From Scyliorhinus canicula (Eukaryota), in assembly GCF_902713615.1 (NCBI RefSeq), contig NC_052169.1:14590439-14654438 (forward strand): a stretch of DNA of 64,000 nt, written 5' to 3'. Of the stretch, positions 36,432-48,204 are shown in pieces. Made by a program: the position numbers and the translations under genes. Position 1 is the stretch's first letter. The number at the start of each line of letters is the position of its first letter. A model generated the notes under the pieces. It did not search any database, had not been told where the DNA came from, and worked only from the letters and a program-made list of their open reading frames with translations.

Positions 36432-36958
36432 CCCCCACAACCAAAAGATGCACCAACTTCTGCAGATGCACCATAGAAAACATTCTTTCTGGTTGTATCA
36501 CAGCTTGGTATGGATCCTGCTCTGCCCAAGACCGCTGGAAATTGCAAAATGTCATGAATGTAGCCCAGTCCGTCATGCAAACCAGCCTCCCATCCATTGA
36601 CTCTATCTATAATTCCTGCTGCCTCAGAAAGGCAGCCAGCATAGTTAAGGACCCCACGCACCCCGGACATATTCTCTTCCACTTTCTTCCGTCAGGGAAA
36701 AGATACCAAAGTTTGAGGTCACGTACCAACCGACTCAAGAACAGCTTCTTCCCTACTGCCATCAGACTTTTGAATGGACCTACCTCGTATTAAGTGGATC
36801 TTTTCTCTGCACCTTGCCATAACTATAACATTATATTCTGCAGTCTCGCCTTCCTTCCCGATGTACGGTATGCATTGTTTATACAGCATGCAAGAAACAA
36901 TACTTTTCACTGTATACTAATGCATCTGACAATAATAAATCAAATCAAAAAAAGATCA
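36432..36958 (+). mobile_element. Rex1/Babar-type LINE 3' end
   Basis: NFCRCTIENILSGCITAWYG..DPTHPGH.LF..LPSGKRYQSL..RT.RLKNSFFPTAIRLLN; (CAAAT)n tail. Confidence 0.82.
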
Positions 36959-36960
36959 AA

Positions 36961-37290
36961 TCATAGAATTCCAGTGCAGAAGGAGGCCATTTGGCACATC
37001 GGATCTGCACCAGCCTTTGGAAAGAGCCCCCTACCTAAGTCCACACCTCTACCCTATCCCCGTAACCCCACCCAACCTTTTTGCGCACCAAGGGGCAATT
37101 TAGCATGGCCAATCCACCTAACCTGCACGTCTTTGGACTGAGGGAGGAAACCGGAGCACCCGGAGGAAACTCACGCAGACAGGGGGAGAACGTGCGGACT
37201 CCGCACAGACAGTGACCCAAGCCGGGAGTCGAACCTTGGACCCTGGAGCTGTGAAGCAACTGTGCTAACCACTGTGCTACCGTGCCACCC
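36961..37290 (-). mobile_element. V-SINE
   Basis: Head, V-domain and tail. Confidence 0.88.
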
Positions 37291-37983
37291 TCAAGAACAT
37301 TGCCGTGGCTGTGGAGTCGCAGGCCAGACCGGTTAGGGATGGCAGATTTCCTTCCCGAATAGGCATTAGTCAACCAGGTGGGTTTTTAAAAAAACAATCA
37401 GTGATGGTTTTGTGATCCACAATTGCTGAGAATACCCGTTTTTGAAAATGAACTGAATTCAAATTCCGCCAGGTCCTTTGGTGGGACTTGACCAGAAATT
37501 GAAACATAATCCTCTCGTCCAATGACGTGGCCACTATCTCACCATCACCACCACCCCAAGCCAGTCGTTCTCCTCTCCATCTGTTTGCAAACCTCTGAAA
37601 ACTCTACATTCCTCGAACTCTGACCCCTTCTGCATTGCTGATTTCCAACACCTCCACCATTGGCAGTCTTCAGCTGCTGAGGTCCTAAGCACAGAAATTC
37701 CCTCCATTGACGTCTCTGCTCCTCTCGTTCTTTATATCAAGTCATGCAGGTTAGGTGGATTGGCCAGGCTGAATTGTCCCTTAATTAGAGAGAAAATAAT
37801 TGGGTATTCTAAATTTATAAAAAATAAGACGGAGGGAGCGGATTCCATATTGTGGGCTCAGCTACCTATTTTGGAGACAGAGAGGGAGGGGCCACAGACT
37901 CTTCTGAAACCAATAAAATGGCGGCATTGTCGGCTCGGGGGCCACTGGCGGGCTGTTGACGTCACAATACCATGGCGCCGTAC

Positions 37984-38325
37984 CTGCCAGTTGGAGCTCA
38001 ATGGGAGCGCTGAAGTGTTCTTCGATCCTCACAAAGCAGGTGAAGCTGCCCTCGTCCTCGATTCTCACGTGCCTCAGAAGCAAGGAGGCGTTCCCCTTTG
38101 CCAGCTCGTCGGGGAAGAGCGCCGTCCTGTTCACGAAGCTGTCCGCCTGCTGGTCCTGCCGCAGCGAGTACTTGTGCACCATCTGGCGAGTCTCGGTGAG
38201 CTGCCATATGACACTGAGGTCGCCCAGGGAGAAGTTGACGTCCGTGCTGAAGGAACAGTTCAGGGTGACGTCTTTGCCAAATATGGCAATCACGGGGACT
38301 TCCGGAACTTGGATCGTCAAGTCTC
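37984..38325 (-). CDS. CD276: CD276/B7-H3 IgV-domain exon (342 nt, phase 1-1)
   Basis: Translates (G)DLTIQVPEVPVIAIFGKDVTLNCSF...WQLTETRQMVH...VNRTALFPDELAKGNASLLLRHVRIEDEGSFTCFV...LQLA. This is colinear with recalled mammalian B7-H3 IgV (VQVPEDPVVA..WQLTDTKQLVH..ANRTALFPDLLAQGNASL..DEGSFTCFV). Acceptor tctctcccAG at 38327-38326; donor GT at 37983-37982. Confidence 0.96.
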
Positions 38326-38357
38326 CTGGGAGAGAAACAAAATGAAAAAAGATCAAT

Positions 38358-39670
38358 TTACACAGATGACTTGGAGTTGGGGACCAAGGGCAATGCGTCC
38401 AAGTTTGCAGGCGACACTAAGATGAGTGGTAAAGCAAAAAGTGCAGAAGATACCGGAGGTGTGCAGAGGGATTTGGATAGGTTAAATGAATGGGCTAGGG
38501 TCTGCCAGATGGAATGCAATGTTGACAAATGTGAGGTTATCCATTTAGGTAGGAATAATAGCAAAAGGGATTATTATTTAAATGATAAAATATTAAAACA
38601 TGCCGCTGTGCAGAGAGACCTGGGTGTGCTAGTGCATGAGTCGCAAAAAGTTGGTTTACAGGTGCAACACGGGCAGCACAGTAGCATTGTGGATAGCACA
38701 ATTGCTTCACAGCTCCAGGGTCCCAGGTTCGATTCCGGCTTGGATCACTGTCTGTGTGTATTCTGCACATCCTCCCCGTGTGTGCGTGGGTTTCCTCCGG
38801 GTGCTCCGGTTTCCTCCCACAGTCCAAAGACGTGCAGGTTAGGTGGATTGGCCATGATAAATTGCCCTTGGTGTCCAAAATTGCCATTAGTGTTGGGTGG
38901 GATTACTGGGTTATGGGGATAGGGTGGAGGTGTTGGCCTTGGGTAGGGTGCTCTTTCCAAGAGCCGGTGCAGACTTGATGGGCCGAATGGCCTCCTTCTG
39001 CACAGTAAATTCTATGATTCTGTAACAGGTGATTAAGAAGGCAAATGGAGTTTTGTCCTTCATTGCTAGAGGGATGGAGTTTAAGACGAGGGAGGTTATG
39101 CTGCAATTGTATGAGGTGTTAGTGAGGCCACACCTGGAGTATTGTGTTCAGTTTTGGTCTCCTTACCTGAGAAAGGACGTACTGGCGCTGGACGGTGAGC
39201 AGAGGAGATTCACTAGGTTAATCCCAGAGCTGAAGGGGTTGGATTACGAGGAGAGGTTGAGTAGACTGGGACTGTACACGTTGGAATTTAGAAGGATGAG
39301 GGGGGATCTTATAGAAACATACCAAATTATGAAGGGAATAGATAGAATAGATGCAGGCAGGTTGTTTCCACTGGCGGGTGAAAGCAGAACTAGGGGGCAT
39401 AGCCTCAAAATAATGGGAAGTAGATTTAGGACTGAGTTTAGGAGGAACTTCTTCACCCAAAGGGTTGTGAATCTATGGAATTCCTTGCCCAGTGAAGCAG
39501 TTGAGGCTCCTTCATTAAATGTTTTTAAGATAAAGATAGATAGTTTTTTGAACAATAAGGGGATTAAGGGTTATGGTGTTCGGGCTGGAAAGTGGAGTGA
39601 GTCCAAAAAAGATCAGCCATGATCTTATTGAATGGTGGAGCAGGCTCGAGGGGCCAGATGGCCGACTCCT
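38358..39670 (+). mobile_element. CR1 LINE RT and 3' end, split by a V-SINE
   Basis: KFAGDTKMSG..QRDLGVLVHESQK, then IKKANG..LVRPHLEYCVQFWSP..tail. Confidence 0.9.
38671..39020 (+). mobile_element. Full-length V-SINE
   Basis: Inserted in CR1 RT; AACA duplicated at flanks. Confidence 0.9.
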
Positions 39671-39671
39671 G

Positions 39672-40230
39672 AGGAGCATAAAGTGGGAACAATTGTTCTC
39701 GGGGAAATGCACAACAGTAAACAGATTGTTTCAGGAGCACTTGCTGCGAGTGCTGAATAATTTTGTCCCATTGAGATGAGGAAGGAATTGTAAGGTGAAG
39801 GAGCCTTGGATGACAAGAGAAGTGGAGCTTCTAGTCAAGAGGAAGAAGGAAGCTTGCTTAAGGTTGAGGAAGCGAGGATCTGACTCGGCTCTGGAGGGTT
39901 ACAAGGTAGCCAGGAAGGAACTCAAAAATGGACTGAGGAGAGCTAGAAGGGGGCGTGAAAAAGCCCTGGCAGGAAGGATTAGGAAAAACCCCAAGGCGTT
40001 CTACACTTATGTGAGAAATAAGGGGATAATCAGAGTGAGAGTAGGGTCAATCAGGGATAGTGGAGCGAACTTGTGCCCAGAGTCTGAGGAGATGTGAAGG
40101 CCAGAAATGAATACTTTGCTTCAGTATACACTAGAGAGAGGGACCTTGTTGCTCATGAGAACAGTGTGAACCAGGTTAATAGACTAAAATAGGTTGATAT
40201 TAAGAAGGAGAATGTGGTGGAAATTTTGTC
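39672..40230 (+). mobile_element. CR1 ORF2 internal fragment
   Basis: EPWMTREVELLVKRKKEA..NPKAFYTYVRNK. Confidence 0.85.
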
Positions 40231-40231
40231 A

Positions 40232-40590
40232 GGATACACCCAGTTCCCTAACACCGTCTCTGAGGAGCTGGAGTTGGGTGCACTTCCCGCAGGTATCGTC
40301 AGCGGGGACACCGGTGGTATCCCTCACCACCCACATCCTACAGGAGGAGCATGCAACTGCCCTAGCCTCCATCCCCTCTGATCTGAATTCACAAAGAGAT
40401 TTAAAGGGGAAAAAAAAAGATTACACACCCGTTAGGCCCTTTAAAAAAAGATATATACTGCTGCTACTCTCCCAAGTGAACCCTCGAAAATTGATGATTC
40501 TGTGAAAAGAATGATAACTTACTGACCCCAAAAAACAAAACAAACAAAAAAATAAAATTTTTAAAAATTAAAAAATTATTATTACATAGA
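40232..40590 (-). mobile_element. CR1 5'UTR / ORF1 N-terminus (inverted)
   Basis: Minus frame MEARAVACSSCRMWVVRDTTGVPADDTCGKCTQLQLL, homologous to ORF1 near 16630. Confidence 0.78.
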
Positions 40591-40679
40591 AGATAGGAGC
40601 AGGAGGAGGCCTTTTGGCCCTTTGAACCTGCTCCACCATTTATCACGATCATGGCTGATCGTCTAACTCAATATCCTAT

Positions 40680-41015
40680 GGTTGCACGGTAGCACAGTGG
40701 TTAGCACTGTTGCTTCACAGCTCCTGGGTCGCGGGTTTGATTCCTGGCTTGGGTCACTGTCTGTGCGGAGTCTGCACATCCTCCCCATGTCTGCGTGGGT
40801 TTCCTCCGGGTGCTCCGGTTTCCTCACACAGTCCAAAGATGTGCAGGTTAGGTGGATTGGCCATGATAAATCGCCCTTAGTGTCCAATGGGGTTGGGTGG
40901 GGTTATTGGGTTACGGGTATGGGGCGGAGGTGTGGGCTTAAGTGGGGTGCTCTTTCCAAGGGCCGGTGCAGGCTCGATGGGTCGAATGGCCTCCTTCTGC
41001 ACTGTAAATTCTATG
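40680..41015 (+). mobile_element. V-SINE
   Basis: Head, V-domain and tail. Confidence 0.88.
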
Positions 41016-41789
41016 TCTATATGTCTAAATCGAATCCGGTTTTCTCCCCATAGCCTTTGATACCATTCACCCCATGTGCTATATCCAGCCGCTTCTTGAA
41101 CATATTCAATGATAAAAATAACATCCCAATACTCTCCACCCACCCGAAAAGCCCGCATTTGGGAAAGATGATAAAATCAGAAAAGAAAAACAAGGCTGAT
41201 TTGGGGTGGGGAAAATAAACAATCTGGAAAATTCCTCTCCAACACAAACTTGCCAAGGTCACTCCGTCGCTGATCTACAAAGTCCGTCGCTAGACGTTCT
41301 ACAAAGCGGAAGCAGCAAAATGCATTAATCAGGTTCTGAAATACAGTCTTTTACAGGTGCAAATGTTAGATAGGTTTATTTAAATGTAAAAGCAAAACAT
41401 GCAGCACTAATTATCAATGCTGTTCAACTCTGGAACAGTGAATATGATCCAAGCACTGATGTTACTGACAAAGCATTTATTTCTTTGTCCTTACTCGGAT
41501 CATTCTGTCCTTTGCATCTGGGCCATGTCCTGCTTTATTCACTCTTGATAGCTAGTTTAATTATTCATACAGACAGAAGCACTCAACCCATCATGAATTC
41601 ATCTCGACTTCCAAAGGCCCGACAGAGGCAGCTTTCAATGCCATACAATTTTCATGAACCACCGAGCTTCATCCAGCAACGGGACCCAATGGGTTCCCAG
41701 CGAGCAGACTGACGACAGACTGTCATGGTTAACAAGAGCATGTTCAAGTAAGTAATAAACAATAGAGAGGCAAAAACTCGGTTATCAGA

Positions 41790-41897
41790 GCACCACACTC
41801 CAGGGACTTGGAACAGGTAAGCTGGGCTGACTCGCCAGTGCAATGCTGAAGGAGTGCCACACTGCTAGAGGTGTCGTCTCACAAATGAGCTGTTAAA
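41790..41897 (+). mobile_element. DeuSINE 5' part (continues at 42713-42750, 43620-43740, 43985-44040)
   Basis: gagtgccacactgctagaggtgtcgtctcacaaatgagctgttaaac|cgaggccc resembles the recalled Deu-domain; TAAAC duplicated around the CR1 insertion. Confidence 0.6.
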
Positions 41898-42712
41898 CAT
41901 TTGGAGTACTGTGTGCAGTTCTGGTCGCCTCATTTTAGGAAGGATGTGGAAACTTTGGGAAAGGTGCAAAGGAGAATTACCAGGATGTTGCCTGGAATGG
42001 AGAGTAGGTCATACGAGGACAGGTTGAGGGTGCTGGGCCTTTTCTCATTAGAACGGAGAAGGATGAGGGGCGACTTGATAGAGGTTTATAAGATGATCAG
42101 GAGACTAGATAGAATAGACAGTCAGAGACTTTTTCCCCGGGTGGGACAAACTATGACAAGGGGTCATAAATTTAAGGTGAATGGGGGAAGATATAGAACA
42201 TAGAACAGTACAGCATAGAACAGGCCCTTCGGCCCTCGATGTTGTGCCGAGCAATGATCACCCTACTTAAACCCACGTAACCCGTATACCCGTAACCCAA
42301 CAATCCCCCCATTAACCTTACACTACGGGCAATTTAGCATGGCCAATCCACCTAACCCGCACATCTTTGGATTGTGGGAGGAAACCGGAGCACCCGGAGG
42401 AAACCCACGCACACACGGGGAGGACGTGCAGACTCCACACAGACAGTGACCCAGCCGGGAATCGAATATAGGAGGGATGTCAGAGGTAGGTTCTTTACCC
42501 AGAGAGTAGTGGGGCCATGGAATGCACTGCCTGTGGAAGTAGTTGAGTCGGAAACATTAGGGACCTTCAAGCGGCTATTGGATGGGTACATGGATTAGGG
42601 TAGAATAATGGGGTGTAGATGAATTTGTTCTTAATCTAGGACAAAAGTTCGGCACAACATCATGGGCCGAAGGGCCTGTTCTGTGCTGTATTTTTCTATG
42701 TTCTATGTTCTA
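41898..42712 (+). mobile_element. CR1 LINE 3' end, split by a V-SINE
   Basis: EYCVQFWSPHFRKD..FFTQRVVGPWNALP and (TTCTATG)n tail. Confidence 0.9.
42196..42468 (-). mobile_element. 5'-truncated young V-SINE
   Basis: Truncated at box B; ATATAG duplicated at flanks. Confidence 0.88.
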
Positions 42713-42810
42713 AACCGAGGCCCTGTCTGTGGTGATGTGCATGTACCTTTAAGGTCAGCCAAGTAGGGATGGATTTTAACCTGCTGTCCATCACCGTCAA
42801 TCCCGAGAAA

Positions 42811-42981
42811 GGGCGGGGCTTTCTGCTCAGCTCTCCGCGGTGGAGATGGTCCGCCATTGGCCAGCGGCGGGATCCTCCAGTCCCGCTGTTGTCAATGGGG
42901 TTTCCCATTGACCCGCGGTGGGGGTGCGCCATCGTCAAGACCGGAGGATCCTGCTGGCGTTAACGACCAGGAATTTCCAGC
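42811..42981. mobile_element. Harbinger-like MITE
   Basis: gggcggggctttc / ggaatttccagcc termini and shared core. Confidence 0.55.
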
Positions 42982-43164
42982 CATAACCTCAAGAGTCTGC
43001 AGACAGAACAGAACAGCAGTCCTACAGGTCAGACATAACCTCCCAGTTACCATCATATGTATGGAGTCTTATCTTTAAATAAAGAACACACATGATTGTT
43101 TTACCAATCCTGTCGGGTAATTGGTAAGTTTGCAACAAACCAAATAACACCACAGTTTGTGTCT

Positions 43165-43619
43165 CGTTATGCTCTTGGCATAGCATAAGCTGCTTCTTTG
43201 AAGTTCACTCTGACAAAGGAAGGTTCAGACGTGGAGATAACTTCAACACGTTTATTAAACTATTTACAATTCTCCTACTCGGATTCGCCTCTACTTGTAA
43301 TCCTTCTATAGCTACTCAGACTGACGAACCAGTCTGCTACAATCCACGTGGTGGGTGTGATGTTGAATCAACCCTGTGTCTGTACTCACTGAGAGTCTCC
43401 ACTGGAAAGAGGAAGATCATGTGTGCTGTGCTCTTTATATATGGGTTGGTGTAATGCCCCCCCTGTGGTAGTGTCACCTCTGTGTGTATCGTGAATGCCC
43501 ATTGGTTGTGTCCTATCTTACTGACCTATTGGTTGAATGTCTGTGTGTCATGTCTCTGGTGCTCCCTCTAGTGTCTAGCTAGTCTACGTGTATTTACATT
43601 AACCCCTTGTCTATCTACA
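43165..43619 (-). mobile_element. Solo LTR-like element
   Basis: (C/T)GTTATG..TACA ends; minus-strand AATAAA and TATATAA; no clean TSD. Confidence 0.5.
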
Positions 43620-43754
43620 GTGATGCATATCACCACAGTTTGCTCCCTCAGATGGGCATTAAAGGTCCCATGGGACTATTAAGCACTGGGGCATTCAACC
43701 TGGTCTCCTGGTCAACATTTATCCTTCAACCAACACCAGGAGAACAAGCAATCT

Positions 43755-43981
43755 TTTTTTTTTATAAATTTAGAGTACCCAATTATTTTTTCCAATTAAG
43801 GGGCAATTTAGAGTGGCCAATCCACCTATCCTGCACATCTTTTGGATTGTGGGGGCGAAACCTACGCAGACACGGTGAGAATGTGCAAACTCCACACGGA
43901 CAGTGACCCAGGGCCGGGATTCGAACCCAGGTCCTCAGTGCCGGAGGCAACACTGCTAACCACTGTGCCACCGTGCTGCCC
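43755..43981 (-). mobile_element. Short V-SINE subfamily
   Basis: Same structure as 3285-3511. Confidence 0.85.
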
Positions 43982-44044
43982 TTGAGAACAGGCAATCTTA
44001 TTATTATATTGCTATTGATGGGAGCTTGCCACATGTAAATGGGT

Positions 44045-44562
44045 TGGATTTGATTTGTTTATTGTCACGTGTACCGAGGTACAGAGAAAAGTATTGTTCT
44101 GCGGACAGTCCAAACAGATCATTCCATACATGAAAAAAACATAGGACACACAATAAATACACAATGTAAATACATAGACATCGGATGAAGCACACCAAGT
44201 GTGGTACTGCTCAGTAGAGAAGGTGGGTGGAGAGATCAGCTCAGTCCATAAGAGGGTCGTTCAGAAGTCTGGTAACAGCGGCGAAGAAGCTATTTTTGAA
44301 CCTGCTTGTGCATGGTCTCAGACTTTTGTATCCCCTGCCCGGTGGATGAGGTTGGAAGAGTGAGTAAGCTGGGTGGGAGGGGTCTTTGATTATGCTGCCC
44401 GCTTTCCCCAGGCAGCGGGAGGTGTAGATGGAGTCAATGGATGGGAGGCGGGTTCGTGTGACGGACTGGGCTGTGTTTACGACTCTCTGTAGTTTCTTAC
44501 GATCCTGGGCCAAGCAGTTGCCATACCAGGCTGTGATGCAGCCAGAGAGGATGCTTCCTACG
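44045..44562 (-). mobile_element. Rex1/Babar-type LINE 3' end
   Basis: SILSGCITAWYGNC..DRKKLQRVV..DPSHPAYSLF..FKNSFF; tail gtacctcggtacacgtgacaataaacaaatc. Confidence 0.82.
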
Positions 44563-44914
44563 TTAATTGGATGACTAAGCTTTAAGAGTACTTTATTGGC
44601 AGGAAAGCAGTGTGTGGCATCCTGAGATTGTGATAGGCACCACATAAATGCAGGACTTTCTTTCCTCTGGGGACCATCACACGGGAGTTGCCCAGGCTTT
44701 TTTTTCCCCCCCCAAGATTTACGATCCTAAGAATTGTTTGAAAGACCCCTCCAAGGAACAATGTGTCACAAATCTATAACTCGCTGGTCGCAGCCAGTAC
44801 AATGTGGATTTGAATGCTCATCCTGGGAGACACCAAGTAGTGATCCTGGGCTTCATCCTCGAGCCTGTGTTGAGCTTTTTCAGAGAAGTGTACGAGACCA
44901 AAGTCAGAGAGGAA

Positions 44915-45190
44915 CCAAAAGAGAAAATGCTGGAAAATCTCAGCAGGTCTGGCAGCATCTGTAGGGAGAGAAAAGAGCCAACGTTTCGAGTCCAGATGAC
45001 CCTTTGTCAAAGTTAGAGGTCAGAGTGGAAATGAGAGAGAACTAAAATGGCACTTGGCTGAAAGCTCAGCGCCAAATTTTCAAAACCGAATGGAGGTGTG
45101 CCGCAAAGCGCTCACCCAGCCGGTGTTTAGTCTCTCCCAAGCAGAGCAGGCTGCATCGCGGGCAGGGAATACAGTGTACTAAACTGCAAG
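44915..45190 (-). mobile_element. Penelope-like element remnant (family B): GIY-YIG and terminal repeat
   Basis: Minus frame LVHCIPCPRCSLLCLGETKHRLGERFAAHL (GIY-YIG signature), followed by ttgacaaagggtcatctggactcgaaacgtt. Confidence 0.75.
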
Positions 45191-45761
45191 AGGTACGGGG
45201 CTGAATTACAAATTAATCTGCCCATGGAGGGCCAAGGGGCACAGGTGCCGGTTATCGGCTCTTGGAGAGCAAGGAACGCCGATCGGAACATCAACCTCAA
45301 GAGGGTCACAAGCCAAACTGCGCAGCATCTCCAGTCTAGGCATAATGGAAGGCTGCCAGGCATGATGGGACCTGCAATTCATAGACGGTCTACACTCTAC
45401 GTACGAGAGTCCATCGGCCAGCAAAATGGAGAATGGGGACATCAGCAGTTTAGATCGGAGTTGTGACAAGAGCTGGGTTAAAAGGCAAAAATCGTGTGCA
45501 GCACGCAAGAAAGGGATCATCTCGTCAACAGGCTTTGTGATGGGTCACCCATGCAGCAACGTGAAAGGGCTTACCTTCTCACCTCAGGTCATTGCTGATT
45601 AAGTGTGGATTATCTTCTCCTGCATTGAGCCTTCACGTTTCAGAGCCGGCTGGCCCATCGCGCCGATTCTGGTTCCGAGAGCAACCCAAAGCCAAGGCCA
45701 TTGCCAAGCACCCCCCGCATTTTACATGCTTATCTCATTTCCCCTTTAAGGAGCAACAGGA

Positions 45762-46492
45762 CTAAAAGTACTGCGCTAATGGTAAGATTCTTGGCAGTGT
45801 GGATGAGCAGAGAGATCTTGGTGTCCATGTACATAGATCCCTGAAAGTTGCCACCCAGGTTGATAGGGTTAAGAAGGCGTACGGTGCGTTAGCTTTTATT
45901 GGGAGAGGGATTGAGTTTCGGAGCCATGAGGTCATGATGCAGCTGTACAAAACGCTGGTGCGGCCACATTTGGAGTATTGCGTGCAGTTCTGGTCGCTGC
46001 ATTATAGGAAGGTACAGAGGAGATTTATCAGGATGTTGCCTGGTATGGAGGGAAGATCTTATGAGGAAAGGCTGAGGGACTTGAGGCCGTTTTCGTTAGC
46101 GAGAAGAAGGTTAAGAGGTGACTTAGTAGAGGGATACAAGATGATCAGAGGATTAGATAGGGCGGACAGTCAGGATGGACAGTAGATAGGGTGGACAGTC
46201 ACCATTCCTCGGATGGTTATGTCCAGCACGAGGGGACATAGCTTTAAATTGAGGGGAGATAGATATAGGACAGATGTCAGAGGCAGGTTTTTACTCAGAG
46301 AGTAGTAAGGGCGTGGAATGCCCTGCCTGCAACAGTAGTGGACTCGCCAACATTAAGGGCATTTAAATGGTCATTGGATAAACATATGGATGATAAGGGA
46401 ATAGTGTAGATGGGCTTTAGAGGGGTTTCACAGGTTGGCGCAACATTGAGGGCCGAAGGGCCTGTACTGCGCTGTAATGTTCTATGTTCTAT
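45762..46492 (+). mobile_element. CR1 LINE 3' end
   Basis: QRDLGVHVHRSLKV..LVRPHLEYCVQFW; same subfamily as 1-1440. Confidence 0.9.
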
Positions 46493-47220
46493 GTCTCTCC
46501 CCAACACTGAGAAAATCAAACCATGTTTGGACAGCTCTCACTGCCAAAAGAATTTGCTCCTTGCCCCCCCCCTCTCTTTGAAACATCACGCAAGATGGCC
46601 ACTCGGCCCATTGTATCAATGCTTTCCCTGAAAGGAAAATAACATTCGGTGTTTCAAAACTGAAACATGCCACTGCAGTGAAACTTACGAAGTAGTCTCC
46701 ATTTTTATTTCGTACAAAGCCGATTCTTCAGAAATGCTACGCTTTAAACGGAGCATGGATATTTAGTTGAACGTCACGTACGAACAGCACTGTTTGTTAT
46801 TTTTAATGCTTTATCCGGCCGCGGATTGCTATGCCTGCAAAGGTTACCAGGGTATAAGTGGCAGATATTCCAGCCCATTATCAGAGGTTCACTGTCCTCA
46901 CCATTTCACCGTTGCGAGTGCAATATTCCCGAAAGCAGCAGAGGTATTTTCTTTCCCTCATTGCATTTTGATGAAAGAGCTGAAGTGCAATTATTGACCG
47001 TTCAAAGTACACAGTCGATGTGAGGCTTTTATCAATAAAGCTAATCATGTCGTGGGGCACCGGGCAAGGTCATTTGTCTGAGTCAAAACCGGTTGTCTTG
47101 GCTTCGCACAGACTCCCGTCCATTACTCGACGGATCTACACCTCCGTTTCCGCTCACGCTTTAATCCCCATGCCCTTAACTTTTTACACAGGGTGTGGGA
47201 GAGAGTGGGAAAGTAATGAT

Positions 47221-47393
47221 AAATGAAAATCGCTTATTGTCACGAGTAGGCTTCAATGAAGTTACTGTGAAAAGCCCCTAGTCGCCACATTCCGGCGCCT
47301 GTTCGGGGAGGCTGGTACGGGAATCGAACCGTGCTGCTGGCCTGCCTTGGTCTGCTTTAAAAGCCAGCGATATAGCTTAGTGAGCTAAACCAG
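47221..47393 (-). mobile_element. SINE-B
   Basis: Nearly identical to 27207-27394 in reverse. Confidence 0.9.
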
Positions 47394-47414
47394 TTGGTGG
47401 ACTTCCCCATTTTT

Positions 47415-48075
47415 GGACTGATGAGACAGTGGCGCAGTGCTATTATCACTGGACTAGTAATCCAGAGACCCAGGTAAATGCTCTGAGGGTCCCAGGTTCG
47501 AATCCCAGCACGACAGAGAGTCACATTTGAGCTCCATAAAAATCTAGAATTAAAAAATGGTGAAACCATTGTCAATTATTATAATAATACTAATCTTTAT
47601 TGTCATAAGTAGGCTTACATTAACACTGCAATGAAGTTACTGTGAAAATCCCCTAGTCGCCACATTCCGGCGCCTGTTCGGGTACACGGAGGGAGAATTC
47701 AGAATGTCCAATTCACCGAACCAGCACGTCTTTCGGGACTTGTGGGAGGAAACGGGAGCACCCGGAGGAAACCCACCCAGACACGGGGGGAACGTGCAGA
47801 CTCCACACCAACTGACCCAAGCTGGGAATCGAACCTGGGACCCTGGAGCTGTGAAGCAACAGTGCTAACCACTATGTTACCCATCTGGTTAAAAACCCAT
47901 CTGGTTCACTAATGTCCTTTAGGGAAGGGAATCTCCCGTCCTTACCCGGTCTGGCCTACATGTGACTCCAGACCCACAGCGATGTGGTTGACTCTGAACT
48001 GCCCCCTGAAAATGGCCTCACAAGCCACTTAGCAATCAGGGATGGACAATAAATGCTGACATTGCCAGCAATGCC
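47415..48075 (+). mobile_element. tRNA-SINE family D, split by a tail-c V-SINE (47582-47880, minus)
   Basis: Head gtggcgcagtg..ggttcgaatccc, body gggaagggaatct..ctggcctacatgtgactcc, tail gggatggacaataaatgctg. Confidence 0.7.
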
Positions 48076-48204
48076 CATGGAGTGTAAATTATTATGTTTT
48101 TAAATCTACATGTTCCAGACAGGGGTCATTTTGGCCATTCTGCCTGGCTTTCCCCCGTGGCTGCGTGTAGATCTGAGAGGCGGTGGTGACGGAGCCCTTT
48201 TTGA

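Noticed and set aside
46895-46985. Candidate CD276 signal-peptide exon (others tried near 41270-41335, 48955-49065 and 56090-56210)
   Set aside because: No candidate combined an in-frame ATG, a hydrophobic core and a phase-1 GT donor.
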